This document shows positions 38,769-48,284 of a DNA stretch of 64,000 nucleotides, piece by piece. Each line of letters opens with the position of its first letter. Position 1 is the first letter of the stretch. Position numbers and translations under genes: made by a program. Under the pieces are notes generated by a model. The model was not told the origin of the DNA. It did no database searches and saw only the letters and a program-made list of their open reading frames with translations. The stretch is from Acidisoma sp. (GTDB taxonomy: Bacteria; Pseudomonadota; Alphaproteobacteria; Acetobacterales; Acetobacteraceae). The DNA lies in assembly GCF_035492295.1 (NCBI RefSeq), contig NZ_DATJJK010000021.1:3825-67824 (forward strand), given 5' to 3'.

Positions 38769-39837
38769 GTTGCCCCTATTGGAACTGACATTTCCCGGAA
38801 GCCCATCCGCACGCTTAGTAACAGAGTTTACTAGCCTCTCGCAGTGGTGTCGGCGCTTGATGGACCCTTGGCGCTATTGCCGCAGAAACCCGGGTCGCTG
38901 TAGATGTTTTTCTCTGGCTTCGCTGAATCCTGTGGCTTAGGCTGTAAGAAACGCATATGTCTTCAGTCGAAGATCGGGAGATGGCGGTACGACCGGTCCT
39001 GCTGGCGAAGGCCATCACGGCATCGGGCGCGTCTGGCGTCTTTGCCGCATGCTATCGAGACGTTACTTATGTCTTTCACGGTCAAGCCGGATTATGCTCG
39101 TGTGCTGTCGGACGATTGGCGTGAATTCCGGATGAACCGACCCATACGCAGCGATCGCGATCGCTAAGGGCCGCAGTTTGGCCGGATTACGCTAGCTTTG
39201 CATGCATCGGCTGTGCCGCCGATGGTAAAAGCGCTTCGATAAAAACGGCGGCCAAGCAGTTGATATATCTTGCCTAAGTGTATCGAGCCCTCTCAGGTCA
39301 GCATATCGACATTGGAGCGATTGCGGGCAGAATAGTCGATTGTTCTGGCAATGGTTTGCAACGAAGTAACCTATTTCCAGTCAATCCAATTTGGTTTGGC
39401 ACGATACAAGATGCGTAGCTGCTCATCTTGATGAAGTTTGTATGACACGACCTCGGCCAAAGCCAAGGGATCGACGCATTTGAAAGCCACAGCTCCCTCT
39501 TGTTGCGCCTAGACAGGACGATAACCGAAGAGTCGAGACGGACCTGAAGGTCGCAATTTGCGTATCGAAGAGTTCTCGCCGCTATCCCGGACCATGAAGT
39601 GGCAAAGACAGACAATGCCTGAAGTGTCACTTCGCTGCGGGCCAAATAACGAAGGGAAGAAGTCGTCAGAGCTGCGGGGGCGGCCGTCCGAGTGGGGCCT
39701 GACGATAGCGGTGTCATAAGCGGCTGGCCCGCTATCGACTGCAGATATCTGTCACGGAATAGATCGAGAGCAGACGCTCTTAACATCAGGCGCTCGTGAG
39801 CTGGGATACAACGGCCAACTGCGCGAGGAGACAGCTT

Positions 39838-42800
39838 GTGGAACGATCATCAGCGCTCGTTAAGCTGACGGCTGTCACGGCGGGGCTTTCTGCCACGGAC
39901 GGAACCTCACAGGACGATCTGTTCAAGGCCCGCTCTGCACTTGCTGCGAGCCTGTTGCACCACGCGGACGCCACCGCGAGATCAGCGCCGGGTCTTCCAT
40001 CCGCGCCACCACGTGCGCCGTCGGCCCTCGATGCCGTCGCGCTCGGGCAAGTTCTGGATCAGGCGGCGACGTCGGTCCAGCCCGTACCACTTGCGGTTTT
40101 GCGTGGCCTTCCGGCGCCCGTCTTGGGAAATGCGGCGCTAACGCCTGCTGCTTCAACCGGGATGGTGCCGCGATCGATCGGTCCATTCGCTGACGAGATC
40201 GGGGCCCTCCACTGGGTCGATACTTTCCCGCCGCTGAAAGAAGCGAGCATTTTCCGGGCTGCGACCGCCGCCCCGTTCTTTGTTTTGCCCTTGGCGATTA
40301 GTTCAGGCGCTGTTCCGAACACGCTCACGGTGGGAGAAGGCAGTCTCTGGATCGAGGCTAAACTACTGGCGGCCGGCGCGCCGGAAGGGGGCTATGCTGG
40401 CATCGCCATTAAGGGCGGAACCCTGACATTCTCGGCCGCTGCAACCCACCGGGCCGGCGGTCTGCAGGTTGCCGCCGCAACCGAATTGACACTTACAATC
40501 GAGCTTGGAGGCCAACCCGGACCGAGCGGCGGCTGCAATCCGGGCGCCGATGGTGGCGCGGCCGTCGCTGATATGCCGAGCCAAGTGACATTCGTCTTCA
40601 CGCCGTCGGCAGCGTCGGTCACGGCATCCGGACCGGCGTCGGTAACCATCTTTGGCACCACTGTCGACTTGATCTGGCACAATGCATCTGCGGTCTATGA
40701 GTCCGCACTCGCCCAAATCCTGATCCCATTCACGCCGCGGTCGGCCCAATTCGCGGTCACCTCCGTCCTCTCCACATTGTTCCAGCTAAGCGGCGCGGCG
40801 CCGATCACGTCCGCAGCCTGGGCCTTATCCGTAGTGGTCACCGCGCCGCAGCAGCTTAGCACGGCCGCGACCGCTGGGGCGCTCGCACTCGTGGTAGGGG
40901 CAGGCTTGCGCGCCAGTTGGACAGGGTCCGCAGGCGCCCCTGTGGGTATTAGCAGTGCGTTCCTGGAAGCCGCTGGCGGTGTGCTGTCGCTGCTCGGAAC
41001 GATGAGCATCACCCGGCAATTCGGTTCTACCATCAAACTCTGGCCTAACAAACCAACCGGCACGCCGGGGAATAAGTTCTTCAGTACAGCCGGGTTTACG
41101 GTCTCGAACGGCGCGACACTCTACTACACTAGCATTGCCGCCTACGCTGGTGCCAAGCAGGTCGAAATTCTGTCCTGCGGGGCGCTGGTCACTGCGCGTA
41201 TTGACCGACCCGTCGCCGCCGACGGCAGCCATCTCGGCCCGACCCTCCCGGGAACATTCGTCATCTACGAGACCGCCACCCGGCGTGGCGTCATTGTGGC
41301 CGGCGAGGTGGCCGCCTCAGCTTTACCCGCCAAGCCCATCTCACTAGCGCTGCGCAATGCGCTGTTGGTAACCACCCCGCCACTGCTGCTGATGGTGGCT
41401 GGCAGCTTCACCAATACGCCCGAGGAATTGACCGCCGGCGGATTACTGCTCGCGTTTGGGATGGAGGTGCTGCTGCCTACGTTGCCCGACCCCTATGCGG
41501 CGAACTTCCTCCCGCTGCGAGCGGCGTCGGCCACGGCAACGGGGACCACCGTGCCCGGGCGCATCTCGGGCCAGGGCGCTCAACTCTCCAACCCAGAGTT
41601 GTTGGCGCTCGTCACATGGAGCCCCGCCGAGGGCCCGCAGCTCACTTTCGGCGATAGCGTAGCGGCCGCCGGCAACCTGGTGGTCCAACCTCTGAGTGCC
41701 TCTACCGTCGCGCCAACGCCCCCGCGCTCGACCGCCACTGCGGCCGCTCAGGATCAAGCATGGCAGAACGGATTGCGGGCGCTGTTCAACAGAAGTCTCG
41801 GCGGCCAAAGCCCCGAACTGTTCCTACTCGACGTGTCCAGCAATATTGACCAATTCGGTGTCGGGATTGCGCTGGAGCGCCCGGAACCAGCAGCCCTTAC
41901 CCAATCAGGTGGCCCCCTGTTGTCGATCTCAGGTCTCGATCTGGTCGCCCCGAGCCGAGACCTGCGCGTGTTCACCGTACCGCCCGTGCAATGGGAACCC
42001 GTCGTCACCATACAGAACCCAAAGGTCCTGCCGTCGCCGTTCCCGTCACCCGTCGGCTTTCTGAACGATGGCGGCCCTATGATGCTCGGCGTCAACGACG
42101 TCACCTTGGTTGCCGTGGCGCCGTCGACACTTCTGAAACAAGTGTTGAGCGGCTATGCTGGCGGGAAGGCCGGATCCGCCGTGTTCCCCATGCCGTTCGG
42201 CATGATGGCGTTGGTCATTCTCCCAGAGCGTCCGCCGACGGCTCCCCCATTGCTGCAGCGGCCCGGCCTCGTGCAAGTGCGGCCGGCATTCCCTGCCAAT
42301 TCGATGACCGGCGGAAACCAAATCAGTCTGACGGCGGCGACGGCCGGCTCCGCCATCGGACTGCCAGGTGCCACTGTGCAGTTGCGCAACCTCGTCGACA
42401 AGAATGCCAATCCGGTGCTGGATGATCGGCCGCCCCCGCCACCGGGCGGTCTGCAACTCAGCGTGCTCGGTCCGGACGTCGATGAGATCTTCAACGCCAG
42501 CTTCGCGCCGGGTGCAGCTGGAGCGCTCGTGCCGGTCAGCCGGCTTGATTTCTCCGGATACGGCGCCTCAAGCTTCAGCGATTGGACTGACCCGGCTGCG
42601 GTTCCTCCTGCCGTGGTAAAGGCGCATTTTAATATCATGGTGGGTCGCACCAGCCGTGAAGTTGTCCAGGTAAAAAGCATCCTACACCCATGGGGTGCAA
42701 TCGTCGTTCGCACGATCACCATCGACCGTCAGGACAACGGCCAGGTCTATCGTCGCGACAGCGGCTGGGTCGCCGCGACACCGGGCCTTTTCGAAACCGG

Positions 42801-44691
42801 TGGCATCACAGTGCATCCCGGGGCGATCCGTGGCGCTTACAATATCCGCCAGATCAGCGACACCAGTCAGAGCTATGCCTCAGGTGCCGTGAAGCTTGTT
42901 GGCGTCTATTTCGATGCGGATCTCGATATTCCTAGCGCCATAAAGGGCGTGTCCCAGGGCAAGGTAGCAAGCACCGGCTTGTTCGGCTGGGTGCAAACGG
43001 AGCCCGCACACACTCCGTTGACGGCGGCGCAACTGGCAGCGCTGATCGCGGCGCAGGGGGCGCCGGGCGGTCCGGTGGATTGCGTCACGTCAATTGCAGG
43101 CACCGCGCAGACAATGCGGATTGTTCGCGTAGAAGTGGACAATGCTCCCCACCCGGGAGCTCCAGAACCACACGAATTCTGTGTTGCGGCGCGAGGAAGC
43201 CTGGTGCTTCCGCAACCGGGAAATTGGAGTGTGCTTTCAAGAATTGACAAGATGAGCGAACCGGCCCCCGTGGACCCTGCCCGGGGGGTAGCATTAATAC
43301 AGGAAGGCGTCGCGGGCGGCAGCGCCAGCACGATGCCATGGCGACTGGCGGAGCCGGCGGATCTTTGGACCTCCGATTCTCCGTCGATGGATTATTGTCT
43401 GTTGCACGCGACGGACGCGACGCGGATTTTGTTTCCACGCCCTGCGATCACGTCGGGCGCCAATGCTTTCACCAGTGACCAGACGCCACTGCTGGCCGAC
43501 GGGTTTGCACTGATGAACTCGACTTCGGTCTGCCCGAGGCAGGACAGCTGCCTCGCTTTCCCCGACGCAAATTACGCGCTCCAGATCGGCGGCGCCGGTC
43601 TTTTTACCCTGGCCAATGTTCCGGCATCATTCCCCCCAAGCATGCCGCGCCGCTCCCTTGCCGCCGACAGCCAGGGTGCCATCTGGTTCGAGTATTCGGA
43701 TGCGGCCCAGACTCCCAATCCGACCCAAGTCTCGGTTGCCATCAGTTCGAGCAACTGGTCGATTGCGCTTTCGCCCACCAATGTCAGGGTCGACGTAACG
43801 CCGTTCGACGGGCTGATGCGCACGGTCGGCAGTTTTGCCGCATCCAGCACCAGCGGCGTTTCGTTTCAAAACTCTCAATTCGTTCTCGGCTCGGTATTGC
43901 TCCCGCTCGAGGAATTGCTTGCCTTTCTAGCTGAACTAGGCTTTCCGAATCCGTTTGCCCTGGCGTTTTCGAATTCCGGATCCCAACAGGCCGTAAGCTA
44001 TAAGTTAAGTGCGTCTCTAGGCTTTTCATTGCCAAGTCCACTAGTACCAATATTGACACCGATCCTGCAGCCACCCGCCCCGAGCACGTGGAAAATTGGA
44101 CTTTCGGTAAAAACTGGCTTCGGCAACAGCTTGAGCGTCACATCAAGTTCGACAACGACCATCACCGAGCAGTGGTCGTATTTCTTCAACCTCGGCGGGA
44201 ACATGCAATGGGCGGTGATCCCGGGCGTTCCCGTCTACGTTGGGTTCCTGTTGTCTTTCGGTGTGAGCCATGGATTTGCCGCCGGCTCATCGCCGGCGAG
44301 CACACAGGTTAGCTTCCAATTGGGAGGCATTGCATCGATAGGCGGCACTCTCATCCCCGGTGTAATTGCCGTTCAGGCGTCTCTGTCACTGGCGTTCAGC
44401 CTTTCAATCAGCTTTGCCTCGACCGACTCCGTTGCGCTGGGATTGATACTGACGCTTTCCGTGTCGGCGAGTATTCCCGCCTCCGGGAGCGCGAAAGGAT
44501 TGTTCGCGATTTCCTTTTCTGCCGAGGCGAGCGGAAGCATCATTGACAACAACCCTTCACTGACGGACCTCAATCTTTCCTTGCAGGCGACTTTTGGTGT
44601 CTCGGTCGACGTGAGCGTGTGCTGGTTTATCAATATAAGCTTTAGTGAAACCGTCCAATACACGCAGGCATTGCCCACGGTCTCCCTGTGA
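39838..44691 (+). CDS. Giant beta-rich hypothetical protein (~1617 aa) with a C-terminal run of amphipathic beta-strands
   Basis: 4.9-kb open frame; GAGGAG RBS 7 nt before GTG 39838 (ORF track starts at 39796); no signal peptide; function unknown. Confidence 0.85.
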   Translation: MERSSALVKLTAVTAGLSATDGTSQDDLFKARSALAASLLHHADATARSAPGLPSAPPRAPSALDAVALGQVLDQAATSVQPVPLAVLRGLPAPVLGNAALTPAASTGMVPRSIGPFADEIGALHWVDTFPPLKEASIFRAATAAPFFVLPLAISSGAVPNTLTVGEGSLWIEAKLLAAGAPEGGYAGIAIKGGTLTFSAAATHRAGGLQVAAATELTLTIELGGQPGPSGGCNPGADGGAAVADMPSQVTFVFTPSAASVTASGPASVTIFGTTVDLIWHNASAVYESALAQILIPFTPRSAQFAVTSVLSTLFQLSGAAPITSAAWALSVVVTAPQQLSTAATAGALALVVGAGLRASWTGSAGAPVGISSAFLEAAGGVLSLLGTMSITRQFGSTIKLWPNKPTGTPGNKFFSTAGFTVSNGATLYYTSIAAYAGAKQVEILSCGALVTARIDRPVAADGSHLGPTLPGTFVIYETATRRGVIVAGEVAASALPAKPISLALRNALLVTTPPLLLMVAGSFTNTPEELTAGGLLLAFGMEVLLPTLPDPYAANFLPLRAASATATGTTVPGRISGQGAQLSNPELLALVTWSPAEGPQLTFGDSVAAAGNLVVQPLSASTVAPTPPRSTATAAAQDQAWQNGLRALFNRSLGGQSPELFLLDVSSNIDQFGVGIALERPEPAALTQSGGPLLSISGLDLVAPSRDLRVFTVPPVQWEPVVTIQNPKVLPSPFPSPVGFLNDGGPMMLGVNDVTLVAVAPSTLLKQVLSGYAGGKAGSAVFPMPFGMMALVILPERPPTAPPLLQRPGLVQVRPAFPANSMTGGNQISLTAATAGSAIGLPGATVQLRNLVDKNANPVLDDRPPPPPGGLQLSVLGPDVDEIFNASFAPGAAGALVPVSRLDFSGYGASSFSDWTDPAAVPPAVVKAHFNIMVGRTSREVVQVKSILHPWGAIVVRTITIDRQDNGQVYRRDSGWVAATPGLFETGGITVHPGAIRGAYNIRQISDTSQSYASGAVKLVGVYFDADLDIPSAIKGVSQGKVASTGLFGWVQTEPAHTPLTAAQLAALIAAQGAPGGPVDCVTSIAGTAQTMRIVRVEVDNAPHPGAPEPHEFCVAARGSLVLPQPGNWSVLSRIDKMSEPAPVDPARGVALIQEGVAGGSASTMPWRLAEPADLWTSDSPSMDYCLLHATDATRILFPRPAITSGANAFTSDQTPLLADGFALMNSTSVCPRQDSCLAFPDANYALQIGGAGLFTLANVPASFPPSMPRRSLAADSQGAIWFEYSDAAQTPNPTQVSVAISSSNWSIALSPTNVRVDVTPFDGLMRTVGSFAASSTSGVSFQNSQFVLGSVLLPLEELLAFLAELGFPNPFALAFSNSGSQQAVSYKLSASLGFSLPSPLVPILTPILQPPAPSTWKIGLSVKTGFGNSLSVTSSSTTTITEQWSYFFNLGGNMQWAVIPGVPVYVGFLLSFGVSHGFAAGSSPASTQVSFQLGGIASIGGTLIPGVIAVQASLSLAFSLSISFASTDSVALGLILTLSVSASIPASGSAKGLFAISFSAEASGSIIDNNPSLTDLNLSLQATFGVSVDVSVCWFINISFSETVQYTQALPTVSL

Positions 44692-44714
44692 CCCCATAGA
44701 CAAGGCTCCGAGCA

Positions 44715-47700
44715 ATGAGCGCAAGCCCCGCTTTCAGACTGAGTGTCCAGGTTTTTCCGCAAAGCTGGGATGGCGCAAATCTGCGATTGCGCATTCTTAT
44801 CCTGCCGCAAGGAGATCCGCTCTCTTCAACGCTCCCCGGTATTTTTCCGGTCCCGGACTCTCCCGCGTTCGCCGATGCTCAGCCAAAATTTGTCGCGCAA
44901 CTCATTCCGTCGTTAACCAGCCTGCCAATGCAAGCTTCGGTTAGTGCACAGGTTGCTCTACCGACCGTGGCGCCCGCGGGATCGCGCCCGCTATTTCAGC
45001 AGCTTGCTTCGGAATTCAACATCGTTCCCGATCTACCGGGCCAGACGCCTCGGCGGACGGGCTTTAGCATTAGCAAATATCTTCCCGACAGCTATCGCAA
45101 CGCGTTCAATTTTGATCGACCAAAGACTCCCTTTGCGGTCACGGACGATTCTTACCATTGCCTATTGGAGAACCTGCCGGCTAAGCTAACGCCGCAGGCG
45201 GCACCTCCCAATACGGTCAGCTGGGGACGCGTCCTTGGCTTCGCGTTACGGCAGCCTCTGGTTTCGACGGCGCTCGGGCTGCTTTACGAAGTCGATTGCC
45301 CGCTGCCTACGACGACGTTCTATGCCGACGGCGGCTGGATATATGTCAACCTTGATTCGTCCGGTGATTTCGCGCCGCAGATCGCCGCAAATTCCACCCT
45401 ATTTCAATCTTATGCGGCCCGATTGCCGGTGCTCTCTGCGCCCCGGCCGCTCTTTGCGGCGGTGCTGTTCCCGGTAACTTCGACTCCGCCATCCAGCTCA
45501 TACGACTCTGTTTTTATAGAAGCGGAGGAGTATGATGATGGGTTCGCCAAGATCGTCCATGGGTCGCAACCAATTGCCCTCGATCTGCTTGACACATCAG
45601 GCGCCGGGTTGCCGCCGGCCGCGGATTACGGGCTGCGTCTCGGCTGGGATGATGAGCAGATCACGACATGGTTCAATCGCCAGATCGATGCGACGCAAAT
45701 CGACGCTCCTTTTGGCACAGCCGGATATTGTATCGATGTACGCCAGAAGGGGCACGTGCCCTGGAACTCGCTTTGCCATGTCACTGGTTCCTTGGCAATC
45801 GGCACTACCCAACTGGGGACGTTCGATGGTGAACTTGCATTGGAAACTCTTCCGGCATCCCTCGATCCGACATCGCCAACCGCCCTGTGGCTCTCGAGTT
45901 ATTTCGCGCAGTGGCGGGGCGGCTCAGTCGTGGTCACTGATCCGATTGCTCTGAGGCTACACGGCACGGCGAACCCTTCGGTCGGACAAACCTATATCGC
46001 CGCACCGGACGCTACCGCGGTCCCTCTGCACTACGGGAAGAGTTACGATGTGCGCGTACGGCTGATGGACCTTAGCCGGGGTGGGCCAGGGCTTTCCGAT
46101 AACGCTGTCAATCCTGGGCCCGCACCTATTGCGACCATTCCGTTTCGGCGGTTTGTACCATTCAAGCCGGTAACACTCACCGATCTCGACCTTACAGCTA
46201 CACCCGCGACCCCGCAGACCAGCTACCAGATTGCTCGCCCTTTGCTGAATTATCCGGCGGTGGTCTTTACTGGCTTGGCGAATGCCGTCGAGAGCCTGCT
46301 CGCCGATCTGCCAAATGCCATCGCGGCGGGGCGGGAAGCCGCATTGCCGGACCCTGATGCGATTTCGCTAACCATCCAAGTGCAAGTGCGTCAGCTTGTT
46401 AACGATGCCGAGATCTATGTGGAAGGGGATGACCCAGCACCGTACTCGTTGCTTTATCAGACAACTCGTGAGTTTCCCGCCGATTCATCTCAGCCGTTGC
46501 AACTTGACATCGCGTTCCAGGATGTGCCCGATATCGCTGCCTTTTCGGCCCAGCCTGCCGTAGGTGCGCTGGTGCTGCCGCGCCAGCGCGCCATACGGCT
46601 GGTTTTCAGCGCAGCCGCTGCGCCGGACCCGCAACTACTGTATTGGGGATCCATCGCCGCCACCGTCGGGCAGAAAATTGAAGTGCTGACGGGGGCTTAC
46701 GGCTTGGACGAGAGCGGCATCTTTACGCCGGAAATCGAAGCTAGCCGCATTTGCGGCATCATGCTGCAGCCCGACCCCGTATTGACAAGCAATGTGGCGG
46801 CCAGCTTGGATGTGTTGGGCCAGCGAGGCACAGCCCCTTATGACGTTTCGACACGCCTTGCCCTTAGTCTTGGGCTTAATGTCAGCGGCCTGACGTACAC
46901 GGCCCAGGCCGGGGAGCGGATTCTCTTCGGCTGCGGTTCTACTCTCGCGAAAACGCTATCGCCTGACCATGGCAGTATCACCTTCGCCACAAAAGGCGAG
47001 CTCACGCACCATTGGCTGATTGTCGTTTCCCTTCACCTTGCACGCGATTGGACTTGGGGCTTGCTGGCTCCGATCAGCTTCGAAATCAGGAATGCAGCCA
47101 ACGAGATCGTCGGCACTATCGACATGACCATGTCCGCCAGCGCCGCGGCGCTTCAGGGTCGGGCAAGCCGGAGTGGCACAAGGCTGATTTTCTTCGATGC
47201 GATTGATCCCAAGCCGTCATCTGGGTCGTTTCCTGCGGAGTTGACACCATCCTATACGGTGACCCCGATCTGGCCCGCAGCTCCGGTGACGCAGGACCCG
47301 CCGCTGCAACTGCCACTGCTGCTGCCCGTTGCCGCCCGACCGATGCAAACCCCGCAGTTGGCTTCGGCCGGAATTGCTCTCACACCCTACGCGCCAGCAG
47401 CGGACTATTCGTTCACTAATGCTCGGCAACGCGCACTCTGGATTGAATTTGCGCAGCCCGTCGCCGATCCGGATGACACTTACTTCGCTCGGGTCCTTTC
47501 TTACGCCCCGGATCAAATCCTGACCGGCGCACCCCTGGACAACGGGAACTCCGTCCTGACGCCTCCGGCACCTCCGCTTCCCATTGATCCCGAATTGATT
47601 CGCACCATTGTGCCCGGCCAATCGGATGACCGTTCCGGACTCAACGCCATGCAGCCACTGATTCCATCTCCCACATCCGACGTGCATTTCATATTGCCAT

Positions 47701-48284
47701 TGCCGACCGGTCTTTCCGTCGAAGCGCCGGAACTGTTCGGCACGTTCGTCTATGAATTCAGGGTCGGCCATTCTCGTCGATGGTCTACCGCCCAGGGACG
47801 GTTTGGGTCCGCGTTAACCGTGGCGGGCGTGATGCATCCGCCGCCGACACTGCTGGCATCCGTCAACAGCCTTCCCACCAGTATCGGCGTCAGCGCGCCC
47901 TATGCGAAGCCTGTCTTCGGCGGCCGCAGCCTAATGCAGTCGCCTCCTCTCACTCAGCTCTGGGGTTTGCTTTATGCTCAGGTCACGCAGGCGGATGGCG
48001 GCAGCCAGCGCAATGTTCTTCTCGACCGCTTGCGGCTGGGCAAAAACGACAGGCGGGAACTCGTGCAGTTGATCGGCACTGACAGTGCCGGAGGCCTGTG
48101 GGAACGGGCAACCATCCAGGAAATCCTGGCCATGCTCGCCCTTCCACCGACGTCGCCACTCAGTGTCATCGTCGTGGAGACCTTTAAGGATGTCGGCAAC
48201 ATAGCGGATCCGCTTGGAGGTGACCTCGGGCATGTTCGAATTCTGCGCGTGTCTCCCCTGGCCGCTGTTCCGCCCCTTTGCTGA
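44715..48284 (+). CDS. Large Pro-rich hypothetical protein (1189 aa), possible Fn3/Ig-like domains
   Basis: 3.6-kb ORF 23 nt after the previous gene; LHYGKSYDVRVRLMDLS resembles an Fn3 strand pattern; no signal peptide. Confidence 0.85.
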   Translation: MSASPAFRLSVQVFPQSWDGANLRLRILILPQGDPLSSTLPGIFPVPDSPAFADAQPKFVAQLIPSLTSLPMQASVSAQVALPTVAPAGSRPLFQQLASEFNIVPDLPGQTPRRTGFSISKYLPDSYRNAFNFDRPKTPFAVTDDSYHCLLENLPAKLTPQAAPPNTVSWGRVLGFALRQPLVSTALGLLYEVDCPLPTTTFYADGGWIYVNLDSSGDFAPQIAANSTLFQSYAARLPVLSAPRPLFAAVLFPVTSTPPSSSYDSVFIEAEEYDDGFAKIVHGSQPIALDLLDTSGAGLPPAADYGLRLGWDDEQITTWFNRQIDATQIDAPFGTAGYCIDVRQKGHVPWNSLCHVTGSLAIGTTQLGTFDGELALETLPASLDPTSPTALWLSSYFAQWRGGSVVVTDPIALRLHGTANPSVGQTYIAAPDATAVPLHYGKSYDVRVRLMDLSRGGPGLSDNAVNPGPAPIATIPFRRFVPFKPVTLTDLDLTATPATPQTSYQIARPLLNYPAVVFTGLANAVESLLADLPNAIAAGREAALPDPDAISLTIQVQVRQLVNDAEIYVEGDDPAPYSLLYQTTREFPADSSQPLQLDIAFQDVPDIAAFSAQPAVGALVLPRQRAIRLVFSAAAAPDPQLLYWGSIAATVGQKIEVLTGAYGLDESGIFTPEIEASRICGIMLQPDPVLTSNVAASLDVLGQRGTAPYDVSTRLALSLGLNVSGLTYTAQAGERILFGCGSTLAKTLSPDHGSITFATKGELTHHWLIVVSLHLARDWTWGLLAPISFEIRNAANEIVGTIDMTMSASAAALQGRASRSGTRLIFFDAIDPKPSSGSFPAELTPSYTVTPIWPAAPVTQDPPLQLPLLLPVAARPMQTPQLASAGIALTPYAPAADYSFTNARQRALWIEFAQPVADPDDTYFARVLSYAPDQILTGAPLDNGNSVLTPPAPPLPIDPELIRTIVPGQSDDRSGLNAMQPLIPSPTSDVHFILPLPTGLSVEAPELFGTFVYEFRVGHSRRWSTAQGRFGSALTVAGVMHPPPTLLASVNSLPTSIGVSAPYAKPVFGGRSLMQSPPLTQLWGLLYAQVTQADGGSQRNVLLDRLRLGKNDRRELVQLIGTDSAGGLWERATIQEILAMLALPPTSPLSVIVVETFKDVGNIADPLGGDLGHVRILRVSPLAAVPPLC

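Noticed and set aside
39150-39165. 16-bp palindrome AGCGATCGCGATCGCT
   Set aside because: Single low-complexity GC-rich site with no associated gene or second copy seen
39298-39786. 162-aa minus-strand ORF
   Set aside because: No motif, no clear RBS, Ser/Arg/Leu-rich composition typical of a chance frame; left uncalled
39838-44691. Calling the giant protein an autotransporter or ordinary outer-membrane protein
   Set aside because: No signal peptide, and the C-terminus (…ALPTVSL) lacks the terminal aromatic BAM motif
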